From NCBI GenBank assembly GCA_000708835.1, contig DF237008.1, forward strand, positions 124,001 through 188,000: 64,000 nt of DNA, written 5' to 3'. Position 1 is the first letter of the stretch, and every line of letters begins with the position of its first letter. This document shows, one piece after another, positions 17,401-28,800 of the stretch. The position numbers and the translations under genes were made by a program. The stretch is from Klebsormidium nitens (Eukaryota > Plantae > Klebsormidiophyceae). The notes under the pieces were generated by a model. That model was given only the letters and a program-made list of their open reading frames with translations, was not told the DNA's origin and did not search any database.

Positions 17401-20400
17401 GCCTTTGGAGCCCTGGATCGGCACTTTGAAATTTGGAGGCCAAGGATGTGCGGACTGGAGAGAACATAATCTTATAGGTCCACGGATGAGAGGACAACTG
17501 TGGACCTGCAAGGTCTTGTCCTCCGCAACCAGGCCCGTAAAACCGTTACCTCCAAAAACAAACCTTGAATCATCTAGTTGCTTGGTCGATCCCCTTCTTG
17601 TAGACCTCGCTGAATCCGCCCTTACTTAAACCCAAGAAAAAACGCGACACTCGCAAAAGGTTCCCGCTCTAGTGGCTGCATACCCACCTTGTAGACCTCG
17701 CTGATTCCGCCCTTACTCAAACCCAAGACTAAAGCAATCCCTGCAAGAGTTCCCCGCTCTAGTTGCCGAATGCCCACCTTGTAGACCTCGCTGAAGCCGC
17801 CCTTCCCGAGCAGGTTGAGCAGCGCGTAGCGCTTGTTCAGGATCTGGAAGTGGTTGAAGCGCGACGCGTCCTCGTCGCGGATCCGCTTCATCTCCCGGAT
17901 GTGGCTGCTCTTCTCCGACTTGAACCGCTCCTGGTCCCGTAGAACACCGTCTTCGTCCTGGGGAGAAGTGTTCAGAATGAGTGCTTTGCATGTGGGGGAG
18001 CAAGTCTGGTCGGATTGAGGAGGGTAATGCGGTGAGAAAGCTTTTCGTGAAGCTGCAAAAGTAGAGATGTGGCTGCTCGTCTCCACATTGAACCGCTCCT
18101 AGTCGCGCAGTGAAACGTCTTCGTCCTGGCGGAAAATGGTTAAGATTTGATTCTATTTTGAGAAAGCCCGCATTTGAGGTGCAAATACTTCAGACTTCGC
18201 TGCTCTTCTCTACCTTGAAGCGCTCGGGCTGGTCTTGAAAAGAGACAAACCTGGTGGCTTTGCATTCGAGAGATTCAGTCTGAAGCTTCCTCGGCAGCTT
18301 CTTGTAATTCAGAAGAACGCCCAAACGCCCACAAAGACGAACATCAAAGAAGCTACGCCCCCACCGTTTTGAGCTCGAGCAGGCGCAGCTTCTAGATCGC
18401 TCACGCAGAACCGTCACACCAGTGAGCAGTTGAATTGGGAACAAACGTGAGAGGTAAACCGAAACAACGTCGCGCATCGCGCAAGCTACGCGCACGAGCA
18501 CCCACGTTTTTGAGCGCGAGCACCCACCATTTCGAGCGCGAGTGGCCACCACTGTGAGCGAGAGCGTCCATCCGTTTTCGAGCGCAAGCGCTCGCGTTCG
18601 GAAGCACGAACACCCACCAGTTAAGCGCGAGCGCCCATCCGTTTCGAGCTCGAGCGCCCAACTCTCTGAGCGCGAGCACCCACCCATTCAAAGCGCGAGC
18701 GCCCTCCATTCCGAGCCCGAGCACCCACCTTTTTGAGCGCGAGCAGGCGCAGCTTGTAGATCTCCTCCGTGGCCAGCACCTCGTCCTCGGACGCGCTCGT
18801 GCTCGCGCCGTCCGCGTCCGGAGAGCCCTTCTCTGCAAAGAGAAAAAAGAGCTAGAGTTAGGAACACCGTAGACTATTCCAACCAAGATAGTAAGAGTCT
18901 GTTTACAGGCTTTACTGTCTTGTTGTGTCGAAAGTGTAAGCATGTTGCAAGAGCGACAAAGCTCCTGTGCTCACGCCGTCCGCGTCTGGAGAGCTCTTCT
19001 CTGTCAAGATGGAAAGAATTGGAATTAGGGCACCCCGTTTACTCCTTCAACCAGGATTCTTAGGTTTCCAGTTATAATCTGAAAACAAGCTCTACAGTCT
19101 GAGGTCTTTGTAGGGATGTCGTAAGCTCTGCTGCTCGCTGCGGACGTCCGGCGAACCCTTCCAAGCCGGGACGGAAATAATAGAGTGACGAGTCGACGCC
19201 TGTGACATTTGCGACAAAATTCTTGGAGAACCGGAAGCTGAACAGCTTGATAGAAGAGGGTTTGACAATTAGAGGGTTCACCGAGAATACGATCGGTGCT
19301 GGCGCCGTTCAGAAACTCGAAGCCCCACTCTGCGAGAATACTTCAACCAGCTTGAAGACTTGCCGAACTCACATCCGACTCCTTGAGCTTGAATTCCTTC
19401 AGCTTGATTGTGCAAGCTCATAAATCTCAGCAGATCTTAGATTGGACTCTAATGCAAGAATCGTGAGAGTACCTTTCTTCTTGAGCTGCTTCCTGCGCGC
19501 CTCAATCTGCGCGCGCTGCTCCACGATCGCCAGCTGGCGCGCGGACAGGTCCTTGAACACCTGCCCGTCCTGCCAGACCTCCGTAATCACAGTACCCGCC
19601 CTGCACATATCCATCTTTTTCAGAATCCGCCTCCCCTGAACGGCTTCGTCCAAAACGCAACAACATGTTCACCGGCTTCCGCCGCCGCGTCATGAGCCCC
19701 TTCCAGCCCGAGGTCGTCTCCTCGCTGACGTCACTCGCCCAGGAGTTCGCGCTCTTTGTCAAGTGAGCGCATCGAAACGCTGCATCTTCCTTAGTAGGAG
19801 TCGAGCCAACCGAAGCTCTGGGTTTCACCTCTTTGACCGCTGAGATGCTCACAGGATGATACAATCGAGTTGGATGACACCAACTAATGGAAATCTGATT
19901 CTTTTTTGATGGATCTGAGCGAAGTCGTACAACAGCCAGGGATTTGCATGGCAGTAGGTGATGAAGTCAGGTGATTTCCGATTTGGTTACGGAGCAACGA
20001 GTGGCTGACAGCGGACGCCTCAGGCCATCAGCGCACCAGCACTTTGTGGATCCGGTTTCCCGCTGGATACGCTGGCTGGGATTCAGGCGGCCGGAACAGA
20101 GTCAATGCGTTGAACGCTCTCAACAAGGGAAGCCGGCGCTCACTGCGAGAAAAGGACAATTCAACAAGAAGGAAACAAAGAAATGAAAGGGGACCGGCGC
20201 TCATAACCTGCAAGCTCCCGCCGAACTTGGCCGGTCTGCGATGTCTTTTGCTCCACGTCCGAAAACTTGGGCATTAACTCGGCGAAGGCTGAAGCTCTAC
20301 TTGAGGAAGTTTGTTTATGACGGCAGGCGCGAACCAAGCTCCGAGCTCACCTGATCCATTTGACGTCCCCCAGTCGCACGGAGTCCTCTCGCAACCGTTG

Positions 20401-23400
20401 CCGTGCTTCCAAACGCTCCCCCCGGGCTGCGTCGATCAGCAGGTCCGACACCAGCTTGAGTCGCTGCGAGCAAAGAAACCTAAACTTTTGGAGCTGATTT
20501 AACTTCGTGCTCGGGAGAATGTGCACAATGCTGCCAGCTTTTGGCCGGGGACTGCGTCCAAAAGTTCCACTCGTTTGGATCACCATTGTAGCAATCCACT
20601 TTCCAGTGGTGATCGAAATGCTTCTCCTGTCGCGTGCAGTTCCAAGGATGTTTAAATGCATCTAGCTTTTGGCCGGCGAGTTGGCCTGGCCCAAGAATTT
20701 GGACCAATCATTGGCCCCTTAACGTCTCAATGGCATTCGGAACCAGTTTTCCGGTCAGCAAGCGGTAAAAAGCTCACGAAACCCACCTTCTTCTCCCTGT
20801 TTGCCTCCCGCTCTTTAAGTTCCCTCAACTCCTGCAGCAGGAAGCATGACGGAAGTGTGAAGTGCGTTGGTACGTCACAATGCAATGAAAGCCACGACTG
20901 AGCGGTCTTTACCAGCCCAAGCCCCAAAAGCACAACGCCTCTTCTGTCTTGGTGAGATCACCATGCTCAATGTGAGAGTGTACGACAGGTGTACTCCACA
21001 GCTGCTTCAAGAAAGGACGCTAGACGGGAACGGGGCGGTTGCCGTTAGCAAATCTTTCGAACAAGCAGACGAAAAGCATTCCACCGTCGTGGGACTCCAC
21101 CTCGAACAAAGCTACGCTGTTCTGCGACTCTTTCACGTTTTGCGAGCGCTCTTCCACGCGCTTTGCCTCCTACCATCATGGACCCACTCCAATCGAGGCT
21201 TTCAAAAGGTTCAGCTCGTATCCCACATATTCAAATATTGTAATGCTACGTATAAGCCACCAATGATCGTACCATACATGCGGCTGCGCCTAGATTGTGC
21301 ATGGGGCGGCAGCAACTTAAGTACGGCCGGGAACCTTCATTGAATGGTCCCACACAATCAGACCGCTGCCTCACCCCGCGCCTGGCCTAATTGCTAAGAA
21401 GGCTTTACTCAAAGAACGATCTCCTCACATTCTGCAGGCGGTTGTTTGCGCGCTCCGCCTCCTCGGCCCCCTCCCTTACTCGCGCCAGCTCCTCCTCCAA
21501 GCTCCGGCTTGAAGCGGCAGCCGTCGTCAGGTCTGCCTGCTTGTGGGACGAGAGATGAATGAGCGCAGACTCGGGCCAGGCCGGCTTTTGTAGATTTCGC
21601 CGGCTTCGCTCGGAGTATTCATTTGAAACGGTGATTGCTTCAAGAAGTAAACATCAGAACCCCACCCAGGGCTCTGCCACTCGGCATGCGCCAGCAAGGG
21701 GAGTGAACACATGTTTGCAGATCAGATAGAGTGCTCATACCAGGCGGAATCGATACCACTGACTAACCACACACCCAACGGAGCCAGTACGGGTGTAAGG
21801 AAAAGCGACTTCAGAAATGTCTTTTAGCGGAACCCCGACAGGATCCTAGTTGACCGAGTGCGATGCTGTGAACAACAAAGCCCCGCAGTTAAGCCCAAAA
21901 CAAGTTGGATTAAGGAGCAAGCCAGCCTAATATTGAAAGGTGCACAAGCTACAAACTCGTGAAGTTGCTTACCTCGAGCTGGAAACACTTTTCCTTCAGC
22001 TTCGTCTCCATCTCATGGAACCGAACCTGCAGGACAGTGACCCGACGTTGTGGCAACGAATGAAGAAGCACAAACAAGCGCATTCAGGCGTCAAACATCC
22101 GACTGTAAACGAGTCGCCTATCCATCTGCATAAGATCATCGGGGAAAGCGTAGATGGCTTTACGACTTCCAGGATTTTGTTAGCGTTACTGAAGGTTTCA
22201 TCAAGATCAGGCCTATGTATTCCTCTTAGTACAACCAGCCCGCTCCTTGCTTCCTGTCTCAATATTGCCATCGACTGAAAGCTAGCAGTCAGTGATGACG
22301 ACGTCAGACTTGCGTCGAGCGCCAGCATGCATCCAATTTCATCAGCATCAAATCTCCGTTGATAGGAGGACTCTACTCGAAGACACAGCACTAGCTGAAA
22401 GTTACTGTCAGAATCATACCTCCGTTTGGACCTCCTGTTCGATTGACTGCCTCCGTCGAAGCTGTGGCACTTCACCATTCATGTCCTCAACCTGCAGGCA
22501 GGAAGCTTTCTATCAGGGGGTGTCATTCTGATCGATTCTAAAACCCCAACCAAGGATTGGACGCTTTTGTCATGTTTTTTTTGGCATCTCAGATCGCTTC
22601 TGACTTTGATAGTGTGATCCATTGAAAGGGGCGAAAGACATGCTATCACATCGGGATGTAGGGAAGGGCCTACGGACAGTAGAGTGTTTGGGAGGGCTGC
22701 CTTGTTAACACCATGTAGTGCAGTGGCTTTTGATAGCAAGCCACCAACTAATGTGTGAAAGGTCAGTATGCCAGCTTGCTCAGCAGCTGATACCCAAGCC
22801 CGGAACCCATCCACCGCTTCAGTGAGTATAGGCTCTCCTGTGCCGATTTGGATGAGGCCGTGAGGTTCAAGAGAATGGCATCATAACAGCCGCAAGAGGA
22901 ACTAATAGAAAATCTCAACGTGTCACAAAGTGGGTAAGTTTCGTAAGGAGTCCGATCAAAACAGACTGCTCCCATCATGGCACCATATGACACTACGAGC
23001 ATCAATGGTAGCTTTCAAGAGGTTACTGGTAGTGGAACAAGCTTTGTGTTTTGGTCAGCCTTACCGGAAGGAAGTAGTTGTTGATCGTGCCACTCCGCTT
23101 GTTGGCGCCCTTGTCCGTCCCCGACATGTTTCGGATGAGGGGCGAGGAGGCCCCCGGAACTTTGGGCCCCTTCTTAGCGCCGTTGCTGGCAGCGGACCTT
23201 CCCCTCTTGGTGCCTACCTTGACCTGAGCCTGAGGCTCCGATAGCCTCAGCTTGTGCTTGTGAGAGAACTGCAGAACGAACACCGTTTTATGCTGCGAGC
23301 AGGCAGAACAGTCTTTCCCTTGAATTTGATCATGACGGCCTGAGTGTGACTGGATCTGAAGGGTTCAAGCATTACTGGTGCGCACTATGACGCTTATTCT

Positions 23401-24340
23401 TGTCGCTGTAAATTGCCCTTTGTTGCATTGCAATGATGAGCGCTTCCGTTCTGCCCTACTATTGTCATCCCTAACAATTGTCCTAGTTTGGAATGTTTAC
23501 CGAAGCCACCGGCAGAGGTTTCACAGCAATTGTTTCAGAGTGGTTGGTTGAACTTCAGGAAAGGCTTTGTCTTCTCATACCGCATTACTGCATGCTTTAC
23601 CAGGAGTCCAGCGTTCTTTGCACGTAGTATTCGACTTACCTCGCTTGGTGTCTCTTCCGCATTGTCAAAGCTCTTCCGCTTTCGCGGGTTGGCCTCATGG
23701 ATAGAGAACTGTTCGGCGGCCTGCAGCCAGTTCCACAGACAGGATGAGAGCCCACCCTCAGGATGCAATGCTTCACCATCCCTTTCCTGCCATGTACAAG
23801 CAGGACCGGCAACTACATTCTAAGCTTCCACGAATGTCTCAGGACTGTTGGCTTGGCTAACCATAAATTTCAACTGTGTGGGTGCCTAAGGACCCAAGCG
23901 GACAATAGTCCGCAAGCTCAGCAACACGTCGATCATGAATTAGTTGTACAGAACTGGGAGGGTCCAACAAATCCTGAACACAGCTGATCCAAATGAAACA
24001 AAGGAAAGTTCTATCACACGGGTGTCGTGCGTCAATTGCCACCACATTGGCATCTCTCAGTCTGCCCCAACAGAGCGCCTTTGTTCAGATCTTCCAGTAT
24101 GCTTACATCCTCCTCGGAATCAGAATTGGTGGACGCTTCATCAACCCTGGCAGGTGACTGCTGCCCAGCCGCGCCTTCCCACATGGTGCTCAGATCTTTG
24201 ACAGTGGGAGACCCCTTGCTGGTCTCAACAGGCGACGGGTGCCCCATCATGCGCGCCTCCAGCAGCCGCATCTTTGTGTTGGAATTGGAGTTGGAGGAGA
24301 GCTTCTCCAGCAGCTCAGACGTGTTGCTCTCCTCCGCCAT
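14436..24340 (-). CDS. TSL/TLK: Tousled-like serine/threonine kinase, about 15 exons (24107-24340, ~23640-23721, ~23064-23226, ~22424-22494, ~21972-22028, ~21428-21538, ~20785-20838, ~20350-20465, ~19472-19599, 18729-18832, 17778-17957, 16832-17042, 15790-16054, 14859-15078, 14436-14537)
   Basis: N-terminal [11 protein letters not shown], coiled-coil exons, then [59 protein letters not shown]|[34 protein letters not shown]…stop at 14436. N-terminal exon boundaries are approximate. Confidence 0.93.
15215..19010 (-). repeat. Intronic diverged duplications of TLK exon-intron junctions ('exon echoes')
   Basis: Copies at ~15215-15252, 16199-16227, 16420-16480, 16637-16685, 17176-17232, 17310-17352, 17596-17635, 17686-17725, 18083-18130, 18205-18245, 18366-18405 and 18968-19006, each matching the adjacent exon end and splice site. 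Confidence 0.9.
18499..18745 (-). repeat. ~22-bp minisatellite, about 11 units, consensus (minus strand) CTCGCGCTCAAAAAG|GTGGGTG
   Basis: The unit equals the last ~15 nt of TLK exon 18729-18832 plus the first 7 intron nt; repeats are directly visible. Confidence 0.85.
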
Positions 24341-25172
24341 GGCTGATGACGCCTATTCGCACTAAAGCCTTCACTAGAGCCTTCACTAGAACCTAGACCC
24401 GAGCCTTGCCTTAGAGCTTTCACTTGTGCCTTGCAGAGTAAGCTTTGGTGTTCACACGAGAACCTTTGCCCACTTTCTGTCCCTTCCAAGGACTTTGAAC
24501 AAGAACAACCCTTTCTTGCAAGTGATGTTGCGCTTTGTTCTCAAAAATCCGGATTCACATTCTCCTGTGCCATAAAACACGTAATCTCATTACCACTTCT
24601 CTTCCGCCAATTATGAGTAATTGTACTCATTGAGGGCCCAAGTTTCCTTGCTTTGGGCTTGCAGCAGACCGTACGGTAGACAGCGACCTACTGAACCATA
24701 CGTGCACACAGCCCGTTAAGCGTACTTAGTGTCTCCTCAGCTAAAGCTCCAACTTATGGGCATGTGCGAAGCACCACCTACTTGCTGAAATTCTTTGCAC
24801 ATGGTCTCAATACAATCATCGCATGGTGCGTGGCACAAGAGCTTTTAGTGTGACAAAAAAAGGGAGACCGTAGCTTACGAGGATAAGGTATCTTTGACGT
24901 CTCTTTTACTTGATGAAACGCACCAGCTTGTGCAACGGAACGGTGGCATAGGACGTTGGCAGGCGCATTGCAAAAGGGGAGCTGCGATTCTGGAGGTGCC
25001 TTTGCTGAAGGCTGTGATTCTGAAACATGAAGTGTCTGCTGTCACTGATTCGCAGCATGCACTAGGTATAAATTCAGCAAAGGCATGCAGAAGATGTTGC
25101 AATTGGTCATGCATGATGCAGTACCTACCGGTATAGGTATCTGGCGCGCGCTGCATGCGCGCATAATATTTT

Positions 25173-25209
25173 TTTCCCGCGCTAAGTATGCAGCGGGTGT
25201 TTAGGGTTT
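25173..25209. promoter_or_regulatory. E2F-type site (TTTCCCGC, 25173-25180) and telo-box (TAGGGTTT, 25202-25209) in the TLK / RBBP6-like divergent intergenic region
   Basis: Exact consensus matches in the 1.5-kb spacer between two divergently oriented starts (24340 -, 25840 +). Confidence 0.45.
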
Positions 25210-25839
25210 ACGGAGCCTGAGCCTTGAGAGCGCGACCAAACCAGTTTTTACACCCCAACGTGCTGTTGACGTGGCATTCAGAACCGCTATCGACTCTAGT
25301 CTGCCACTGCTGGAATGAAGTTCTGCTTTATCGACGGTTCTAAGGCGTTGAGAGTCGGACTGAGACTCTGTGCCGAACCAGAACTCAGCTACTTCGCTGC
25401 ATGCTGGGGTAGCATGACCACGTCAAGGTGCATACCTGCTGCTATTTTTTACCCGGTATGGTACGGTACCGTCCTCCAGAAGCAACACATCACTGATCAG
25501 CTTGTCATTTTGCAGCTCTGTCAGCATGTTGAGACTCGAGAGAAGGCCGGGAAGAAGGGCGTAGCGCTAGGAGCTTGGTAGAGAGGAAGCAATGTCGATC
25601 TAGGGCATTGGCGTTTCAGAGCAGTTGGGCGAAGGCTGAAAGCGCTGCAGCAGGACGGATTTTTGGAGCGTCGTGACAGGCGCCCTCATTTGTAGTCATC
25701 TGCTGGAAGGAGTCGCTAAGGAAGTCAGCCTTTTCGTTTAGAGGACCCCTTCATTCTGAACAGCATTGAAGTGGAGGAGGTCACAGGGAGTCAGCAGATG
25801 GTGTAGTGCTTGCTATGTAGGTATTTAGGGGTTTGAGAG

Positions 25840-28800
25840 ATGGCCGTCCACTTCAAGTTCAAGAGTGCCCGGGAATTCGATAAACTGGACATCGAAGGAC
25901 CATTCATCACTGTGTCCTCCTTGAAAGACAAGATAATTGAAGCAAAAAGTCTGGGAAAGGGTGCTGACTTCGATCTTGTTCTGACCAACAATCAAACCGG
26001 GGAAGGTGAGCGGTTGCTTGTGCTCCTCTTTGGTTGCTGATGGGGCCTTTGTTCTCACTCAGAAAGTTTTATCTGAGAAGCTTTCGGAGCGTTCTCTGTA
26101 ATCATTTTGCGTCTCAGTTTCCACGTCTTCCCTCTATGTTTGCAGTTCTGTTATGGGTTTGCAAGTGCATGCGGTTACTTAAGTTCTTGAATCTGTGATG
26201 CGTCCTGACTCAACCAGGCTCATCCCAGTCGCCTTCTTGTGCAGAGTACATCGACGAAGGTTTTCTGGTTCCAAAGAATACGTCCATCATTGTTAAAAGG
26301 GTCCCTGCAACGCGGCCAAGGGCGACTTTGCAGGCTGTTCGGAAAACAGAGTAGGTTATATCCCTATCCAGATTGTTTGGACTCCGTCAGGCGCACTTTA
26401 TTATATATGCAACTTGGACATATTGTAACACTTCCACGCCGACCATTACCAGCTCACTTGTCTCTCAGCATTATAATTCATGATATCGATGCCGTTCTTG
26501 GGGGAGTACCCCTGTGCAAGCCGCTCTCTGTTACAGATGCTCACATGTGCATCGGTTTGCTGCTTGCGATGGGTAGTGATTGGCTGATCAAACGGAAGGG
26601 ATGAAGGAACAGCAAGAGCATGTTTTTGATCCAGTGCGTGCTGTTCTGCAGAACCGGAGGGACAAATGCGCCAGATTTTCAGAACACTGAAAACAAACCC
26701 GGTCAGGTGCTTCAGGTACAGTGCAGCATTCTTTTCTTTGCTCCCGTCTTCTTGGAGAAGGCTGAATCGCAGCAGGCTTTGCCGCAGCTTCGGCTTTTTC
26801 CTTATGCAGTGCTCTTTGTCAGCCGAAAAGCCTCACTGCTGAAAATTCTGGCATCTTGCAAGGTTGTCTGAATTGACCAATTTCTTTTCTTCTTTTTAGG
26901 GTTTCACTGCTGATCCCGACCTTTTGTTGGTTGAGCAGGTGGATGACTTTGGCGCCGACTTGGCTCCACAGGCAGGGGTCGCTCAAGCCAACGCTGATGA
27001 GGAGTCGAAGTTGCAAGCTGCGGTGATTGGAACAGCAACAGATTGGCAGCAGTAAGTCAAGCGCAGCCTTGGAGCTTTGGGGACTGCAGATTATGACAAG
27101 CTGTTTCTCAGAGGTTTCAACCAACACTCTTTCACAGGTCGTTCGTATGCATTTGCCTTCAAGATTTCATGATCACTTTTGTGAACTGCTTGCTCTAGCA
27201 TAACATTCTTGCTGACTCTCGTTAAACTCTTGTTGCAGGCAAAATCAGCAAGTTCCTGGTAGAGGTGGACGTGGCTTTGGACGAGGCACCTTTGCTGGCA
27301 GAGGTGCTGGGGGACGAGGTGGATACAGTAAGTTATGGCAACTTTAACATTGGAAGCAGTTGCCCTTGTGGGTGTGCACTTGCCTGTTTGCATTGCCTGT
27401 TTGCTTTTCTGTCTATTAATCGCGCTGATTTTGGAGTCTCCTGCAACAAAGGCTGACGTAGAGCATCATTGCTTTGCGAGATCTATGTGATATTACAGCA
27501 TGTTGTCTGCATATTAGATGGCTGTGCAGACATGGGAAACGCCCTTGACCCAAGGCTCCAATATCTCAATCAAGGCCTGATTGCGAACTGATTACTTTCT
27601 TTCGTTCTGCTTACAGACCCTACGTATTCTCGGGGGCCTCCCCCGCCCGGTTACGTCTGCCACAGATGCGGCATCAAGGGGCACTGGATTCAGGAGTGCC
27701 CTACGAATGGCGACCCCGACCTCGACAATAAGCGGAGGGCTCTGAAGCCTCCCGTAGGGATTCCCAAGAGCATGTTGGCGACCGCCGAGGAGGGTAGCTA
27801 CCTGCTTCCGAGCGGGGAGTTTGCAAAGCTCCGTCCAGACGAGTGAGTGTACTTGACCCTCTTGCTCGTGTCGGGACCAGTTCGGCTGCTCTGGGATGCA
27901 AAAGATAGCAGGGAGGTTCGGAGTGCTATTCAAGGTCCGAACGAGTTTGGTAGCGTGCACTGGTTCTTAGAGATGCTATCTGGACCCTACTGAAACAGGG
28001 CGAGGAATGTCATTGTTTTGTTGACAACTGCTTGGGTGGTGAGGGTTAGTGGAGGAAGTTCTGTAGATCGCTGGTGATAAAATCCCCGTTCGCAGACTGG
28101 AGGATCGTCCTGCTCTTCTCTCAGAGATGCTCAGCAACTGATGACACGGTCGTTTCGCTTCCAGGTTCGAGTTTGCGAAGCATGCTGCGAGGCTGATGGC
28201 GAACCGGCCAACAGTCCGCGCAATTCCCCCCGAGTTCCAGTGTCCCCTCTGTGGCGGCTTGTTCAGGGATGCCGTCATAGTCCCTTGCTGCAGCGAGAGC
28301 TTTTGCGACCAATGTAAGCCCCTCCAAACATAGTGTCTGTGTTAGATAGTGTTTGCTCACACATGCACTTTGAAGGATGCTGTTCAGTTCGGCCGGATAC
28401 GCCTAGCCAAGCTTATCAAGTTTCATTTGGACTCTGAATCGTAAACTGGCATGAAGGATCAATCTAACATAAAATACGAGGCTGCTTCAGACTACTCGCT
28501 GTTTGAGGTGCTCTTTTCGCTTAACCCTTTTGGTTCTTGATTTTTCTTGCACTTGATAAAGTTCTTCTTCTGTCTGATAATTCATGCATTTGGAAAAGCT
28601 CCATCCAGAGGTTTACATGGCATAGAAAGAAAGAAGCGGCCCTACAGCTTGTAATCTGCCTTGTTTTGCATAAGTACTTTGGTTAGACCAATCAGGCTGC
28701 CATTGGGGCAAGCACGAATCGCTCTTCCGCTCTTCTGATTCTTTAACATTTTTGCAGGCATCCGTGATGAGCTCGCGAAGAACGGAAAGTGCCCCAGCTG

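Noticed and set aside
18499-18745. Short repeats considered as a CRISPR-like array
   Set aside because: No unique spacers, degenerate contiguous units, eukaryotic intron context and no cas genes.
19670-19745. GC-rich stretch in a TLK intron resembling an extra exon
   Set aside because: The flanking exons already join in phase (…WIR|AGTV…), and this segment does not fit that phase without a stop.
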